From Limnothrix sp. BL-A-16 (GTDB taxonomy: Bacteria; Cyanobacteriota; Cyanobacteriia; CACIAM-69d), in assembly GCA_041937175.2 (NCBI GenBank), contig CP166615.1, forward strand, positions 2,880,001-2,944,000: a DNA stretch of 64,000 nucleotides. The letters run 5' to 3'. Each line of letters opens with the position of its first letter. The stretch's first letter is position 1. The notes beneath the pieces are model-generated. The model had not been told where the DNA came from, made no database searches, and saw only the letters and a program-made list of their open reading frames with translations. This document shows, in pieces, positions 43,120 through 52,821 of this stretch. Both the position numbers and the translations under genes were made by a program.

Positions 43120-43192
43120 ATGAGTATCTCTCATGTTTTTAGAATATCAGCAGCATTTTTGTCTTGTCAAGCAAAATATGAGTAAATTTCAT
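43120..43192 (-). promoter_or_regulatory. Sigma70-type promoter of the coq4-like gene flanked by two palindromic operators
   Basis: Minus strand TTGACA-N18-TATTCT (43170-43141); ATGAGTATCTCTCAT (43120-43134) and ATGAGTAAATTTCAT (43178-43192). Confidence 0.7.
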
Positions 43193-43339
43193 TTTTAATC
43201 CAGATCGACAGCCGAGAGCAGTCTGAAATCTCAAGCACGATGACTGGCCCGTTCACTGTCCTTCGCTGGCAACTGTCATCAACCATCATGATCTGCGTGA
43301 TTTCAGTCCTGACTCCACCCGATCGCCCCGAACAGTCCA

Positions 43340-43403
43340 ACCCCAAACAACGAGAAGCGATCGAGCCGGGCTTGCCAACACAGCAAACGGCTCGATCGCT
43401 TCT
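43340..43403. repeat. 64-bp direct repeat, copy 2; probable glnA terminator hairpin
   Basis: AGAAGCGATCGAGCCG...CGGCTCGATCGCTTCT 16-bp perfect stem downstream of glnA. Confidence 0.85.
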
Positions 43404-43480
43404 TCAATTTCAGAATTACTAGTTGGGCTGGCCGGGGCGATCGGCCCCAGCGCAACCCAGCCCCCTAACCCCGTTGGGAA

Positions 43481-44902
43481 TTAGGCATCATAGTACAGCG
43501 CGTACTCGTAGGGGTGCGGACGCAGACGCATCGGGTTCACTTCCGCATCCAGCTTGTAGGTGATCCAGTTGTCGATGAAGTCATCGGTGAACACACCCGA
43601 ATCGGTCAAGAAGCTGCGATCTTGATCCAGCGCTTCCAGCGCGCCTTCCAGCGAACCGGGAGTCGAAGGAACCTTGCTCAGTTCTTCGGGGCTGAGGTCG
43701 TAGATGTCCACATCCAGCGGTTCGCCCGGATCGATTTCGTTCTTGATCCCATCGAGGCCCGCCAACAGCATGGCCGAGAAGGCCAGGTAGGGGTTGGAGG
43801 TTGCGTCGGGGCAACGGAACTCCAGACGCTTGGCCTTGGGGTTCGAGCCGGTCAGCGGAATCCGAATCGAAGCCGATCGGTTACCGGCCGAGTAGGCCAA
43901 GTTCACCGGCGCTTCAAAGCCCGGCACCAAGCGCTTGTAGGAGTTGAGGGTGGGGTTGGTGAAGGCCAACACAGCGGGAGCGTGCTTCAGCAAACCACCG
44001 ATGAAGTTCAACGCCATCTTGCTCAAGTTGGCATAGCCATCGGGGCTGAAGAACAGGGGCTGGCCATCCTTCCAAATGGACATGTGGGTGTGCATCCCCG
44101 AACCGTTGTCGTTAAACAGCGGCTTGGGCATGAAGGTGACGGTTTTGCCGTACTTCTTGGCCACGTTCTTGATCACGTACTTGTAGGTCAGTACGTTGTC
44201 AGCGGCGCTGATCAGGTCGCTGAACTTCATGCCCAGCTCGCACTGGCCGGCGGTTGCCACTTCGTGGTGATGCTTTTCAATGGGCACGCCGCAATTGCCC
44301 ATGGTCAGCAGCATTTCCGTGCGGATGTCTTGCAGGGTGTCGCTGGGGGCCACGGGGAAGTAGCCGCGCTTGTAGCCGATTTTGTTACCCAGGTTGCCGC
44401 CCGCTTCCATGCGGCCCGAGTTCCACTGGGCTTCGATCGAATCCACGTGGTAGTAGGATTCGTGCTCGTTTTGGCCGTAGCGAACGTCGTCGAAGATGAA
44501 AAATTCCGGTTCGGGGCCGCAATATACGGTGTCGCCGATGCCGGTGCTTTGCAGGTAACCCAACACACGAGCCGCGATCGAACGGGGGTCGCGATCGTAC
44601 CACTCGCCGGTACGGGGTTCTTTGATTGAGCAGACCATGCTCAGGGTGGGCACTTCCATGAACGGATCCATCCAGGCGGTGTTGGGATCAGCCACCATGG
44701 ACATATCGGAAGCTTGGATGCCCTTCCAACCGCGAATGCTGGAACCATCAAAGGCCACGCCCTCGGTGAAGGCTTCTTCGTCGATAAGGCTGCGATGGAA
44801 GGTGCAGTGCTGCCAGATCCCGAAGAGATCGACAAACTTCAGGTCGATCATCTCGATATTTTGGTCTTGAATCATTTTCAAGACATCTTGGGCAGTCGTC
44901 AT
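43481..44902 (-). CDS. glnA: Glutamine synthetase type I
   Basis: [47 protein letters not shown]. Confidence 0.98.
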   Translation of the reverse strand: MTTAQDVLKMIQDQNIEMIDLKFVDLFGIWQHCTFHRSLIDEEAFTEGVAFDGSSIRGWKGIQASDMSMVADPNTAWMDPFMEVPTLSMVCSIKEPRTGEWYDRDPRSIAARVLGYLQSTGIGDTVYCGPEPEFFIFDDVRYGQNEHESYYHVDSIEAQWNSGRMEAGGNLGNKIGYKRGYFPVAPSDTLQDIRTEMLLTMGNCGVPIEKHHHEVATAGQCELGMKFSDLISAADNVLTYKYVIKNVAKKYGKTVTFMPKPLFNDNGSGMHTHMSIWKDGQPLFFSPDGYANLSKMALNFIGGLLKHAPAVLAFTNPTLNSYKRLVPGFEAPVNLAYSAGNRSASIRIPLTGSNPKAKRLEFRCPDATSNPYLAFSAMLLAGLDGIKNEIDPGEPLDVDIYDLSPEELSKVPSTPGSLEGALEALDQDRSFLTDSGVFTDDFIDNWITYKLDAEVNPMRLRPHPYEYALYYDA

Positions 44903-45034
44903 GAACGAACTCCTTGAACCTGTTTGTTTAGTCGCTCTTTGGAATAGATGCGAGGCACTGCCCCTCTGTCACGGTTGCGCTTAGAGCAAAACCTAATGAA
45001 TGACGCTTACTCGGGGTAGCGCTACATTCGTCAC

Positions 45035-45076
45035 ATCCTAAAGAGAGGCTAGGGCGGTTTTTGTATCAGAAACTAC
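45035..45076 (-). promoter_or_regulatory. NtcA-activated promoter of glnA
   Basis: GTA-N8-TAC at 45063-45076, 22 nt from a minus-strand -10 box TAGGAT (45040-45035). Confidence 0.85.
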
Positions 45077-45305
45077 GATTTCTTCGCTGAGGGGAGATAC
45101 AAAACTTAGTGCTGAGACTTTGGGCTAGGCGCTGCGGTGTGCGATGATTGAGGGGGCCCGAGCGTCGCCGCAGAAATCCGTTACACCGTCTGATGTGTAG
45201 CGATTTCAGCCGAGTCCCGGGACGAGTTTAAGACAAGCAGCTTCCTTAATGTAGGCTACTGTCAATATTTCTCTTCGATAAAGACTGTTGGGAGAATCGC
45301 TCATG

Positions 45306-45812
45306 ATGCGCGATGCTGTGACGACTTTAATCAGAAACTATGACATTACGGGTCGCTACCTCGATCGCGACGCAATGGACGACCTGAAGGCCTACTTCGC
45401 GTCGGGTGAAGCTCGGATCAAGGCGGCATCGGTGATTAATGCCAATGCGGCGGATATTGTCAAGCAAGCGGGCTTGGCTTTGTTTGAGGAAGTGCCCGAG
45501 CTGATTCGTCCGGGTGGCAATGCTTACACCACTCGGCGCTATGCGGCTTGCCTGCGGGATATGGACTACTACCTGCGCTATGCCAGCTACGCGATCGTGG
45601 CGGCGGATGCGGATGTGTTGGACGAGCGCGTGCTGAACGGCCTGCGCGAAACCTACAACTCGTTGGGTGTGCCCCCGGCTCCGACGGTGCGCGGCATCCA
45701 AATTATGAAGGATATTGTGAAGTCGCTGGTGACGGCGGCCGGTGTGGATGCCAGCGTGGTGGATGCACCGTTTGATTACATGACCCGCGAACTGAGCGAG
45801 TCGGACATCTAG
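45306..45812 (+). CDS. apcF: Allophycocyanin beta-18 subunit
   Basis: MRDAVTTLIRNYDITGRYLD, GGNAYTTRRYAACLRDMDYYLRY; divergent from glnA. Confidence 0.95.
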   Translation: MRDAVTTLIRNYDITGRYLDRDAMDDLKAYFASGEARIKAASVINANAADIVKQAGLALFEEVPELIRPGGNAYTTRRYAACLRDMDYYLRYASYAIVAADADVLDERVLNGLRETYNSLGVPPAPTVRGIQIMKDIVKSLVTAAGVDASVVDAPFDYMTRELSESDI

Positions 45813-45980
45813 GATTTTGCCCGATGGGCAAGTCCAGCGAAACATCGCCCGTGGAGGTTGGGGCCTCTGCGGGCGATTGTTTTGGTTGGATGCAGGCTTG
45901 TGGATTTTGGGTGAATGCTTTCGGGATATACGTTGGGTTTAATCAACGGTTTAATCAACGGTTATTGAGGGTTTGGGATT

Positions 45981-47210
45981 TCAGGCCGATCGGGAAGTTT
46001 CCGGCCCGATCGCCGCGCCCATTGCCGTCAACAACATGATGATCCCCGCCGCCACAAACAGCCCGGTAAGGCTGATTTCCAACAACGCACCCGAGGCCGC
46101 TTGCGAAAAGGGATCCAAGGCCACCGCCGCGAACATAATCAGACTCATCATGCGCCCCTGCATGTGGAAGGCGGTTTGCTGTTGCAGCCAAGTCATGGCC
46201 AGCACACCCACAATGCCGCCACCGATCCCCATCCCCCCGAGCGCGATCGCGGCGAGGGCCGTGCTGTGAACAAAGCCCAGGGCAATTAACCCCAATCCCA
46301 AGGCCCCCGCCAACCAAGCCAGGGGCGTTTTGAGGTTGGCGATCGCGCTGAGCTGCCCCCCAATCACCACGCCCAGCAAGGCCCCCACGCCATAGGCGGC
46401 CTGAAGCGATCCAAAGGTGGTGGCGTTGCCCTGGAGGCGCACGGTCACCAGTTGGGCCACACCAATCACGATCGGCCCCAGAATGGCAAAGTTAATGGCC
46501 GCAATCAGCAGCAACCCGATCCGAATGTCCGATCGCTGCCAGGCATAGCGCAACCCTTCGCCAATTTCGGCAGCCAGGGCTTGTTTGGGCGCTGCCTGAG
46601 CGGCCTGGAGCGATCGCCCGGGAGCCTTGGGTTGCACCAGGAAAATGCAAAGACTGCCGAGCAACAGCAACAGGGCATTGAGGGTAAAAGTTGCCGTCAA
46701 CCCCACAGCCCCGATCGCCAAGCCCGCCGCCGCCGGCCCCACCACATTCGTAATCTGTTCGCTGCCTTGCATCCAAGCATTGGCCTGAGACAGGCGATCG
46801 GCGGGAACCAGTTTCGGCAACAGGGCCAAAACGGCGGGATACAGAAAGGCCTCCAGGGAACCAAAGAGAGCCGCAATGGCGATCATCCCTTCCAAAGAGA
46901 AGCGATCGGCCAGCAGCATCCCCACCACGCCCATGATCGCCAGGGCCGCGATCGCCCCCGCCAGCGCCGCCACCCGATTGGTGGGCAGGCGATCGCTCAT
47001 GGCTCCCCCCAGCAACATCAACAGCCCCCGAGGAATCGCCGCCGCCATCAACACCGACCCCGCCGCCCAACCGGATTGGGTTTCTTGCAACACCAACCAA
47101 GTCAGGGCCACGAGCCAAATTTGTGCAGCACAGAAAATTAGGGTCTGACCCGCCCACAGATACACAAACTGTCGGGCCGGTCTCGATCGCAATCGTTTTA
47201 AATTCAACAT
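45981..47210 (-). CDS. MFS transporter (DHA3/macrolide-efflux-like)
   Basis: About 12 TM segments, GAMSDRL motif, MQGRMMSL. Confidence 0.88.
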   Translation of the reverse strand: MLNLKRLRSRPARQFVYLWAGQTLIFCAAQIWLVALTWLVLQETQSGWAAGSVLMAAAIPRGLLMLLGGAMSDRLPTNRVAALAGAIAALAIMGVVGMLLADRFSLEGMIAIAALFGSLEAFLYPAVLALLPKLVPADRLSQANAWMQGSEQITNVVGPAAAGLAIGAVGLTATFTLNALLLLLGSLCIFLVQPKAPGRSLQAAQAAPKQALAAEIGEGLRYAWQRSDIRIGLLLIAAINFAILGPIVIGVAQLVTVRLQGNATTFGSLQAAYGVGALLGVVIGGQLSAIANLKTPLAWLAGALGLGLIALGFVHSTALAAIALGGMGIGGGIVGVLAMTWLQQQTAFHMQGRMMSLIMFAAVALDPFSQAASGALLEISLTGLFVAAGIIMLLTAMGAAIGPETSRSA

Positions 47211-47252
47211 GGGATGCACCTAACACTGATTGCAATCACCGACTCAAACCGT

Positions 47253-47525
47253 TCACCACAGCAGTTCACTCAACAATCCATACACCGCCACAAAATTGAT
47301 GCGACTGAGGGCCACCAACCAGCGAGATCGCTCGTGGTGGTCTTGATCTCCCCAAGCGGAAATGCGGTTCCACCCGGCCGTTAGCAGCGAGATCCAAGGA
47401 GCAAGTCGCAAGCGACCCCAGCGCCAGAAACGTGCCCAGGGCCAGCGAGTCCGGTTGCTAGCAGGCTCCGATTCAGCAGGGGCAGATGCTGGAGTTAGCG
47501 TGAGTTTTGAAATCGTCCGCAGCAT
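47253..47525 (-). CDS. Small hypothetical Trp/Arg-rich protein upstream of the MFS gene
   Basis: 90-codon ORF co-oriented with, and 42 bp before, the MFS gene; no family recognised. Confidence 0.4.
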   Translation of the reverse strand: MLRTISKLTLTPASAPAESEPASNRTRWPWARFWRWGRLRLAPWISLLTAGWNRISAWGDQDHHERSRWLVALSRINFVAVYGLLSELLW

Positions 47526-47745
47526 AGGTTTCAAGGGATTGAGGACTGAGGGGGCACTTTTTATTTCAAATGCTCGATATAAAAACGCCACGTTAAACAC
47601 ACGGTTGAGCCGGTGAAACGTCGTATTCAGCGATGAAAGTCCGAGAAAAAGCTCCAGAAAACCCAATCAAGCTTAATGAAGCCCAATCAAAAATGGCTTC
47701 AGCGTGGGGAACTAGACATAGGAACCTTGAAGTGGAAAGATAAAT

Positions 47746-47784
47746 ATGAAATTTGCTCATATTCAAGATATGAGCGATCCTCGT
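47746..47784. promoter_or_regulatory. Two operator-like palindromes upstream of the TetR gene
   Basis: ATGAAATTTGCTCAT (47746-47760) and ATGAGCGATCCTCGT (47770-47784). Confidence 0.65.
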
Positions 47785-47820
47785 TTTTTGTCAAGCCCCC
47801 TACTGGCCACAGTGCAACGC

Positions 47821-48480
47821 ATGATGACTCCCGGAACCAAAGCCCCTCCCAAACCAGCCGCCCGCAAGAAACCGCGCCAGGCCCGCAGCCAAGCCCGCGT
47901 GAATCGAATTTTGGATGTGGCTGAAAAACTTTTGATCGCCGAAGGCTACAACGCCACCACCACCCAGGCGATCGCGGCCCAAGCAGAAGTCCCGATCGGG
48001 TCGCTTTATCAGTTTTTTCCCGACAAAAACGCCATTGTCGGAGCCTTGGCAGAGCGCTATAACGATCAGATGTATGCGTTATTTCTCCAACTTCATGCCT
48101 CAGAGGCTAAAAATCTATCCCTTAAGGATTATGTTGATCGGATTGTTGATTCTTTCGATCAATTTCTGAAAACCCACCCGGGCTATTTAGCCATTCTCAT
48201 GCCCTTGCAAGGACTGCCTGAACTGGCCGAAATTGATGCAGAAAATGACGATCGCCTGATCAAGGGCTACATTGAATATTTTCAAGATCGCTATCCCGGT
48301 CAAACGACAGAAACCTATGAGGCGATCGCCTTTGTGATCGTCAAGGGAATTGGCACATTGCTATGGTTTACTTTCGGGCAGACGGACTTGGCACAAACCC
48401 GCTTAGTTCAGGAAGCGAAAAAATTAATGTTGAGTTATCTAGCCAATTATTTTGAAGACTCCGAGATCCTTGCAGGCTGA
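47821..48480 (+). CDS. TetR/AcrR family regulator; start uncertain
   Basis: PRQARSQARVNRILD, TTQAIAAQAEVPIGSLYQFFPDK HTH. Confidence 0.9.
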   Translation: MMTPGTKAPPKPAARKKPRQARSQARVNRILDVAEKLLIAEGYNATTTQAIAAQAEVPIGSLYQFFPDKNAIVGALAERYNDQMYALFLQLHASEAKNLSLKDYVDRIVDSFDQFLKTHPGYLAILMPLQGLPELAEIDAENDDRLIKGYIEYFQDRYPGQTTETYEAIAFVIVKGIGTLLWFTFGQTDLAQTRLVQEAKKLMLSYLANYFEDSEILAG

Positions 48481-48673
48481 TCGATTGACTCGGAGGCTCA
48501 ACCCGCGTCAGCAGCAGGCGATCGCCTAATTTGAGGATTACCGAGCGCAGTTGCACGCTTCCAGAGCGATTTGCACCTGCTGTTCGGGAATTGCTGAGCA
48601 GCGGGTGCAGCACAAGGCCTTGGGCCGGTTACCGGGGTTAGCCAATTGCCGAAATTGATTGAATTCCTTTAAA

Positions 48674-48744
48674 AGGCGGCACCCAGATTCGAACTGGGGG
48701 TAAAGGATTTGCAGTCCTCTGCCTTACCACTTGGCCATGCCGCC
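48674..48744 (-). tRNA. tRNA-Cys(GCA)
   Basis: Reverse complement GGCGGCATGGCCAAGTGGTAAGGCAGAGGACTGCAAATCC...GTTCGAATCTGGGTGCCGCCT. Confidence 0.95.
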
Positions 48745-48870
48745 TTGCGCCGTTCTGTTCGGCAGATGTCATTCTGCCATCAGTTTTGCATTTGGGCAAC
48801 CCCCCAGGCTCAAAATTCTGAACCAGCGAGGGCAACAGCGCGATCGCCCGCCGCAGTCGATCGCCTCAAC

Positions 48871-50022
48871 CTAGGCCAAGCAATCTTCCAACTGGGCCAG
48901 CAACGTGGCCTGATCCAGGTTTTGCCCAATCAACACGAGCTGGTTTTTAGGTTGCCCCTTCCAAAGGTCATCTTCCAAGGTGAAACGCTTGCCAGACAGG
49001 TGAAAAATGTGGCGGTTTTCGCTTTCTTGGAACCACAAAATTCCCTTAGCCCGAAAGACTGCTTCCGGCATTTGATCATCCAAAAAGCTTTGGAACTTGC
49101 GGATAGCAAAGGGGCGATCTCTCTCGAAGGAAACGGACACAAACCCATCATTTTCCAGATGGTGAGAATGGTGATGGTGATCATGATCGTGATGATGCCC
49201 GTGGTCATGATCGTGGTCATGATCGTGGTCATGGACACAATGGCCGTGGTCATGATCACAAGCTTCGTGATTGTCATGATTGTGCGCATGTTCATGATCA
49301 TGGTCAGCATGATCATGGTCATGATCATGGCCGGTAGCACTTTCTTCGGGATGGTAGTACTGATCCGACTCAAACAGGCCAACACTCAAAATCAAAGGCA
49401 ACGGCACTTGAGAACTTTGAGTGCGCAGAATGCGAGCACCTTGCTTGATTTCCCGGACTCGCTCTTCAAGCGCTTCCACCTTTTCGGGCGCAACGAGATC
49501 GGTTTTATTCAGCAAAATAATGTCGCCGTAGGCAATTTGGCTATAGGCGGCTTCACTGTTGAACAAATCAAGGCTGAAGTTTTCGCAATCCACCAGGGTA
49601 ATGATCGAATCAAGCCGCGTCATATCCCGCAGTTCAGTGCCCAGGAAAGTCAGCGCAACGGGCAAAGGATCCGCCAAGCCCGTAGTTTCGACCACCAGGT
49701 AGTCAATCCGTTCTTCTCGTTCCAAAACGCGATAGACCGCATCCACCAAGTCATTATTGATGTTGCAGCAAATGCAACCGTTGGCAAGTTCAATCACGCT
49801 GTCATCATCTGAGACTTCAACGATCAGTTCTTGATCAATGCCAATTTCACCAAACTCATTGACCAAAACAGCCGTCTTCAGACCCTGTTGATTGCTCAGA
49901 ATATGATTAAGCAGGGTGGTTTTGCCGCTTCCTAAAAAGCCCGTGATGATGGTGACTGGCAAGCCCAACTTAGGGGCAACCATGACTGGGCTGGGGGTGG
50001 TTAGATCTTGACTGGTGGCCAT
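48871..50022 (-). CDS. COG0523/CobW-family metallochaperone GTPase with His-rich insert
   Basis: GFLGSGKTT, NEFG, GCICC, ETTG, NKTD, long HD/HH tract. Confidence 0.93.
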   Translation of the reverse strand: MATSQDLTTPSPVMVAPKLGLPVTIITGFLGSGKTTLLNHILSNQQGLKTAVLVNEFGEIGIDQELIVEVSDDDSVIELANGCICCNINNDLVDAVYRVLEREERIDYLVVETTGLADPLPVALTFLGTELRDMTRLDSIITLVDCENFSLDLFNSEAAYSQIAYGDIILLNKTDLVAPEKVEALEERVREIKQGARILRTQSSQVPLPLILSVGLFESDQYYHPEESATGHDHDHDHADHDHEHAHNHDNHEACDHDHGHCVHDHDHDHDHDHGHHHDHDHHHHSHHLENDGFVSVSFERDRPFAIRKFQSFLDDQMPEAVFRAKGILWFQESENRHIFHLSGKRFTLEDDLWKGQPKNQLVLIGQNLDQATLLAQLEDCLA

Positions 50023-50130
50023 GGGACAGGGATTGATGAAAGGAAATGAAGTGGGATGTGAAGGGGCCGTGAGCGAGTGAGCCCTAAGCCGGTAGGGACT
50101 GGGGAATGGTGTTGGGTGTTGTAGACCGAA

Positions 50131-50145
50131 TGAGAATCATTCTCA
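50131..50145. promoter_or_regulatory. Putative Zur box upstream of the COG0523 gene
   Basis: Perfect 7-1-7 palindrome TGAGAATCATTCTCA, close to the cyanobacterial Zur consensus TGATAATNATTATCA. Confidence 0.7.
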
Positions 50146-50171
50146 AAGATAACTGAGATTTGTGGAATTGC

Positions 50172-50522
50172 TCAATTCCCGATCGCCCGTAGGCCAAAGT
50201 AGGTAATCACCAATTCTTCGGGGCCCGTGTTGGCAATTTCATGCACCTCATGGGGAGCGATCGCCAGGCAAACACCCGGGAGCAGATCAAAACGCTGGCC
50301 ATCAATGATCATTGTCCCCTGGCCGGCTTCAATGAAGAAAACTTCATGCATATCCGAGTGGGCATGGCCGGGCGAGACCTGGCCAGGCGCGAAGCGGGCT
50401 TGGGAAAAGTTGGTGAGGTGGGGAAGGTCGCCTTGTCGCAACAGCACTTGCTTGGCGATCGCGGGGTTGTGGGAAACCCGCTCGATCGGGACTTCCGAGA
50501 GCGCAACTCGTTTCAAAACCAA
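50172..50522 (-). CDS. Cupin-domain protein
   Basis: HAHSDMHEVF and PHEVH cupin motifs. Confidence 0.85.
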   Translation of the reverse strand: MVLKRVALSEVPIERVSHNPAIAKQVLLRQGDLPHLTNFSQARFAPGQVSPGHAHSDMHEVFFIEAGQGTMIIDGQRFDLLPGVCLAIAPHEVHEIANTGPEELVITYFGLRAIGN

Positions 50523-50797
50523 TCCTCTCCTCGACTCTCGGGGGGCACTGGCGGCTCCGTGGCCACCAAATCAGACGGGGGGCGCTCATCGCTCCAAGCC
50601 CACCACACACAGCCGCAATGACACCCATAGAACTCCTGCCACTTGCGGCGGTAGGTTTCCGTGAGCACGGGCGATCGCCGATTGATCCACACGCGCTCCG
50701 CTTCTACAACCGATGCGCCACAGGTGGGGCAACAGAACTCCAGGGCGTGAACGGCGGAGTCTGTCCAGTCGGGTGCTTCCGGTGCAAAGGCATCCAT
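50513..50797 (-). CDS. Conserved cyanobacterial Cys-rich small protein
   Basis: CCPTC and CHCGC motifs, WWAWS. Confidence 0.7.
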   Translation of the reverse strand: MDAFAPEAPDWTDSAVHALEFCCPTCGASVVEAERVWINRRSPVLTETYRRKWQEFYGCHCGCVWWAWSDERPPSDLVATEPPVPPESRGEDWF

Positions 50798-50978
50798 AGG
50801 TTTCTCAGAGGTGGGCTGACCAGAATTCCGCCAAGGGGTGTTGGAGGGCGATCGAGTGGCAATGGATCGAGTGGCAATGACTGTTATTGAACCCCTCCTT
50901 GCATTTTAATTTGGGGGAGCGCTCCTGAACTCGATCGCTCAAAATAGCGCCGCCCAAAAGCCGCCCAAAATAGGCTAA

Positions 50979-51108
50979 GAGGATGTCTGAAAAGCCAAAA
51001 TTGCTACTCTGTACGCTCCAGTGATCGACTTAGACAAGATGCTCAAGCCCCTTGTCTCCACGACTATTGGTGCTTGCCCGTGCCAAAAAATACTTTTTAA
51101 ACATCCTC
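50979..51108. mobile_element. 130-bp MITE with 16-bp terminal inverted repeats and TAA target duplication
   Basis: Left GAGGATGTCTGAAAAG, right (reverse complement) GAGGATGTTTAAAAAG, 14/16 match; TAA at 50976-50978 and 51109-51111. Confidence 0.75.
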
Positions 51109-51152
51109 TAAGCAGTAGCGGCGTGGGACTAATCCATTTCCTTGTCCTGCTC

Positions 51153-52661
51153 ATGAGTTATCTCAATCTCGTTTCCTTCTTGGGCATCTTTGGGCTTTGC
51201 GGTGTGGCTTGGCTCTTTTCGGAAAATCGAAAATTAATTCCTTGGGCTACGTTAATTTGGGGGCTGAGCCTGCAGCTTGTGTTGGGTTTTTTGGTGTTTA
51301 GACTGCCCATCACTCGCGATATTTTTGATGTTTTAAATAGTGCTCTCAATGGGATTTTTGCCGCTGCTGAAGCGGGGTCAGAATTCATTTTTGGTTCCCA
51401 GTTTGTTTCTAAAAACTTTGGCGAAAACCCACCTTTGGGCTATATCTTTGCTGTTCGCGCTTTGCCCACGGTGGTCTTTTTTGCGGGACTGATGGCCCTG
51501 CTCTATGGCTTGGGGGTTATGCAAATGGTTGTGAATGGGTTTTCGCGGTTGTTTTATCGAACCACCCGACTGAGTGGAGCGGAAGCCCTGAGCGGTCTGG
51601 TGAATGTGGTGACGGGGGTTGAAGCGTTGATTGTGGTGCGGCCATTTTTATCGCGAATGACGCGCAGTGAGCTATGCGCTATTTTGGCTTGCTGTTTTGG
51701 AACGGCTTCTTCTTCCACATTGGCGATCTATGTGGACTTTTTACAGCCGGTTTTTTCAAACATTTTAGGTCATTTAATTTCGGCAGCCATGATTGGTATT
51801 CCGGCTTGCTTTGTGCTGTCCAAAATTTTGGTTCCGGAAACCCAAGTGCCCCTAACGCGCGATCGCCTGTCAGGGGTAATGATCGCGAATATATCGCAAA
51901 ATCCTCTGAATCCCGCTAGCCCAAAAACGCCCGATCACCATCCCCTCAATCCCTTTAATGCGGCTGAAAGTTCCTTGGCCGATCGAGACATGGCCGACGG
52001 GGCGATCGAGCCGGATGGCAGCCCCTGGGCGATCGCCATGGCAGGGGCCCTGGAGGGCTTGCGCATTTGTGGCTGGATTGTGGCGGCTCTGGTGTTGATT
52101 GTGGGGTTGGTGTCGCTGGTCGATCGGTTCTTTGTTGCTCTAGGACTGGTTCCCGGGCCGATCGGGGATCTCTTTCAAGTGGTTACCCTGGCCAACTTGG
52201 AGGGAATTTGTTTCTTTCCGCTCACGCTGCTGACGGGGGTGGCCTGGGATGATGCTTGGGAGTCGGCGGTGGTCATTGGTCGGCGGCTTTTGGAAACTGC
52301 CATTCCGCCCTATCAAACCCTGGCGGAACTGCGCCGGAACGACGCAATCAGCGATCGCACCCTATTGATTGTGAGTTATGCGCTCTCCAGCTTTGCCCAC
52401 CTGCCGGCCTTGGGCATTTTTGTGGGGGGGCTGAGCGCCCTAATTCCCCAACGGCGGCGGGATGTGCTGAACTTGGGCTGGCGGGCCCTGTTTGTGGGCA
52501 CGTTGGCTTCCCTAATGATTGCCTGCGTGGCGGGTTTTTATGACGATGGCAGCCCCCATATTTTGGGCACACCCATGCCGCCCACCAAGCTTGCGCCGGC
52601 CACGCCAACCTTGGTGAAACCCAGCCCCCCACCCGCAACTCCAGCCCCCGCACCGCGCTAG
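51153..52661 (+). CDS. NupC/CNT-family nucleoside:cation symporter
   Basis: ALPTVVFF, RMTRSELCAIL, multiple TM segments. Confidence 0.88.
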   Translation: MSYLNLVSFLGIFGLCGVAWLFSENRKLIPWATLIWGLSLQLVLGFLVFRLPITRDIFDVLNSALNGIFAAAEAGSEFIFGSQFVSKNFGENPPLGYIFAVRALPTVVFFAGLMALLYGLGVMQMVVNGFSRLFYRTTRLSGAEALSGLVNVVTGVEALIVVRPFLSRMTRSELCAILACCFGTASSSTLAIYVDFLQPVFSNILGHLISAAMIGIPACFVLSKILVPETQVPLTRDRLSGVMIANISQNPLNPASPKTPDHHPLNPFNAAESSLADRDMADGAIEPDGSPWAIAMAGALEGLRICGWIVAALVLIVGLVSLVDRFFVALGLVPGPIGDLFQVVTLANLEGICFFPLTLLTGVAWDDAWESAVVIGRRLLETAIPPYQTLAELRRNDAISDRTLLIVSYALSSFAHLPALGIFVGGLSALIPQRRRDVLNLGWRALFVGTLASLMIACVAGFYDDGSPHILGTPMPPTKLAPATPTLVKPSPPPATPAPAPR

Positions 52662-52821
52662 GGTGGATCATCGAATTTGGGATGCACGATCGAATTCAGC
52701 AAACTGGTGCTATTCGTGATTGGGGCGAGAGTGGCACAGACTTGGCCACAACAGATCCAGACTGCCCCTTTTTCGACTACGGTATTGAGTTTGATGGGAT
52801 AGGTGGGTTGTGGGGCGATCG

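Noticed and set aside
43514..44629. 371-aa ORF antisense to glnA (likewise 48709-49812, 34340-35548, 28601-29638, 706-1521)
   Set aside because: Shadow ORFs caused by GC-rich codon bias on the opposite strand of clear genes; no recognisable motifs
45981..48744. Genomic island integrated at tRNA-Cys
   Set aside because: No integrase and no duplicated tRNA 3' end found
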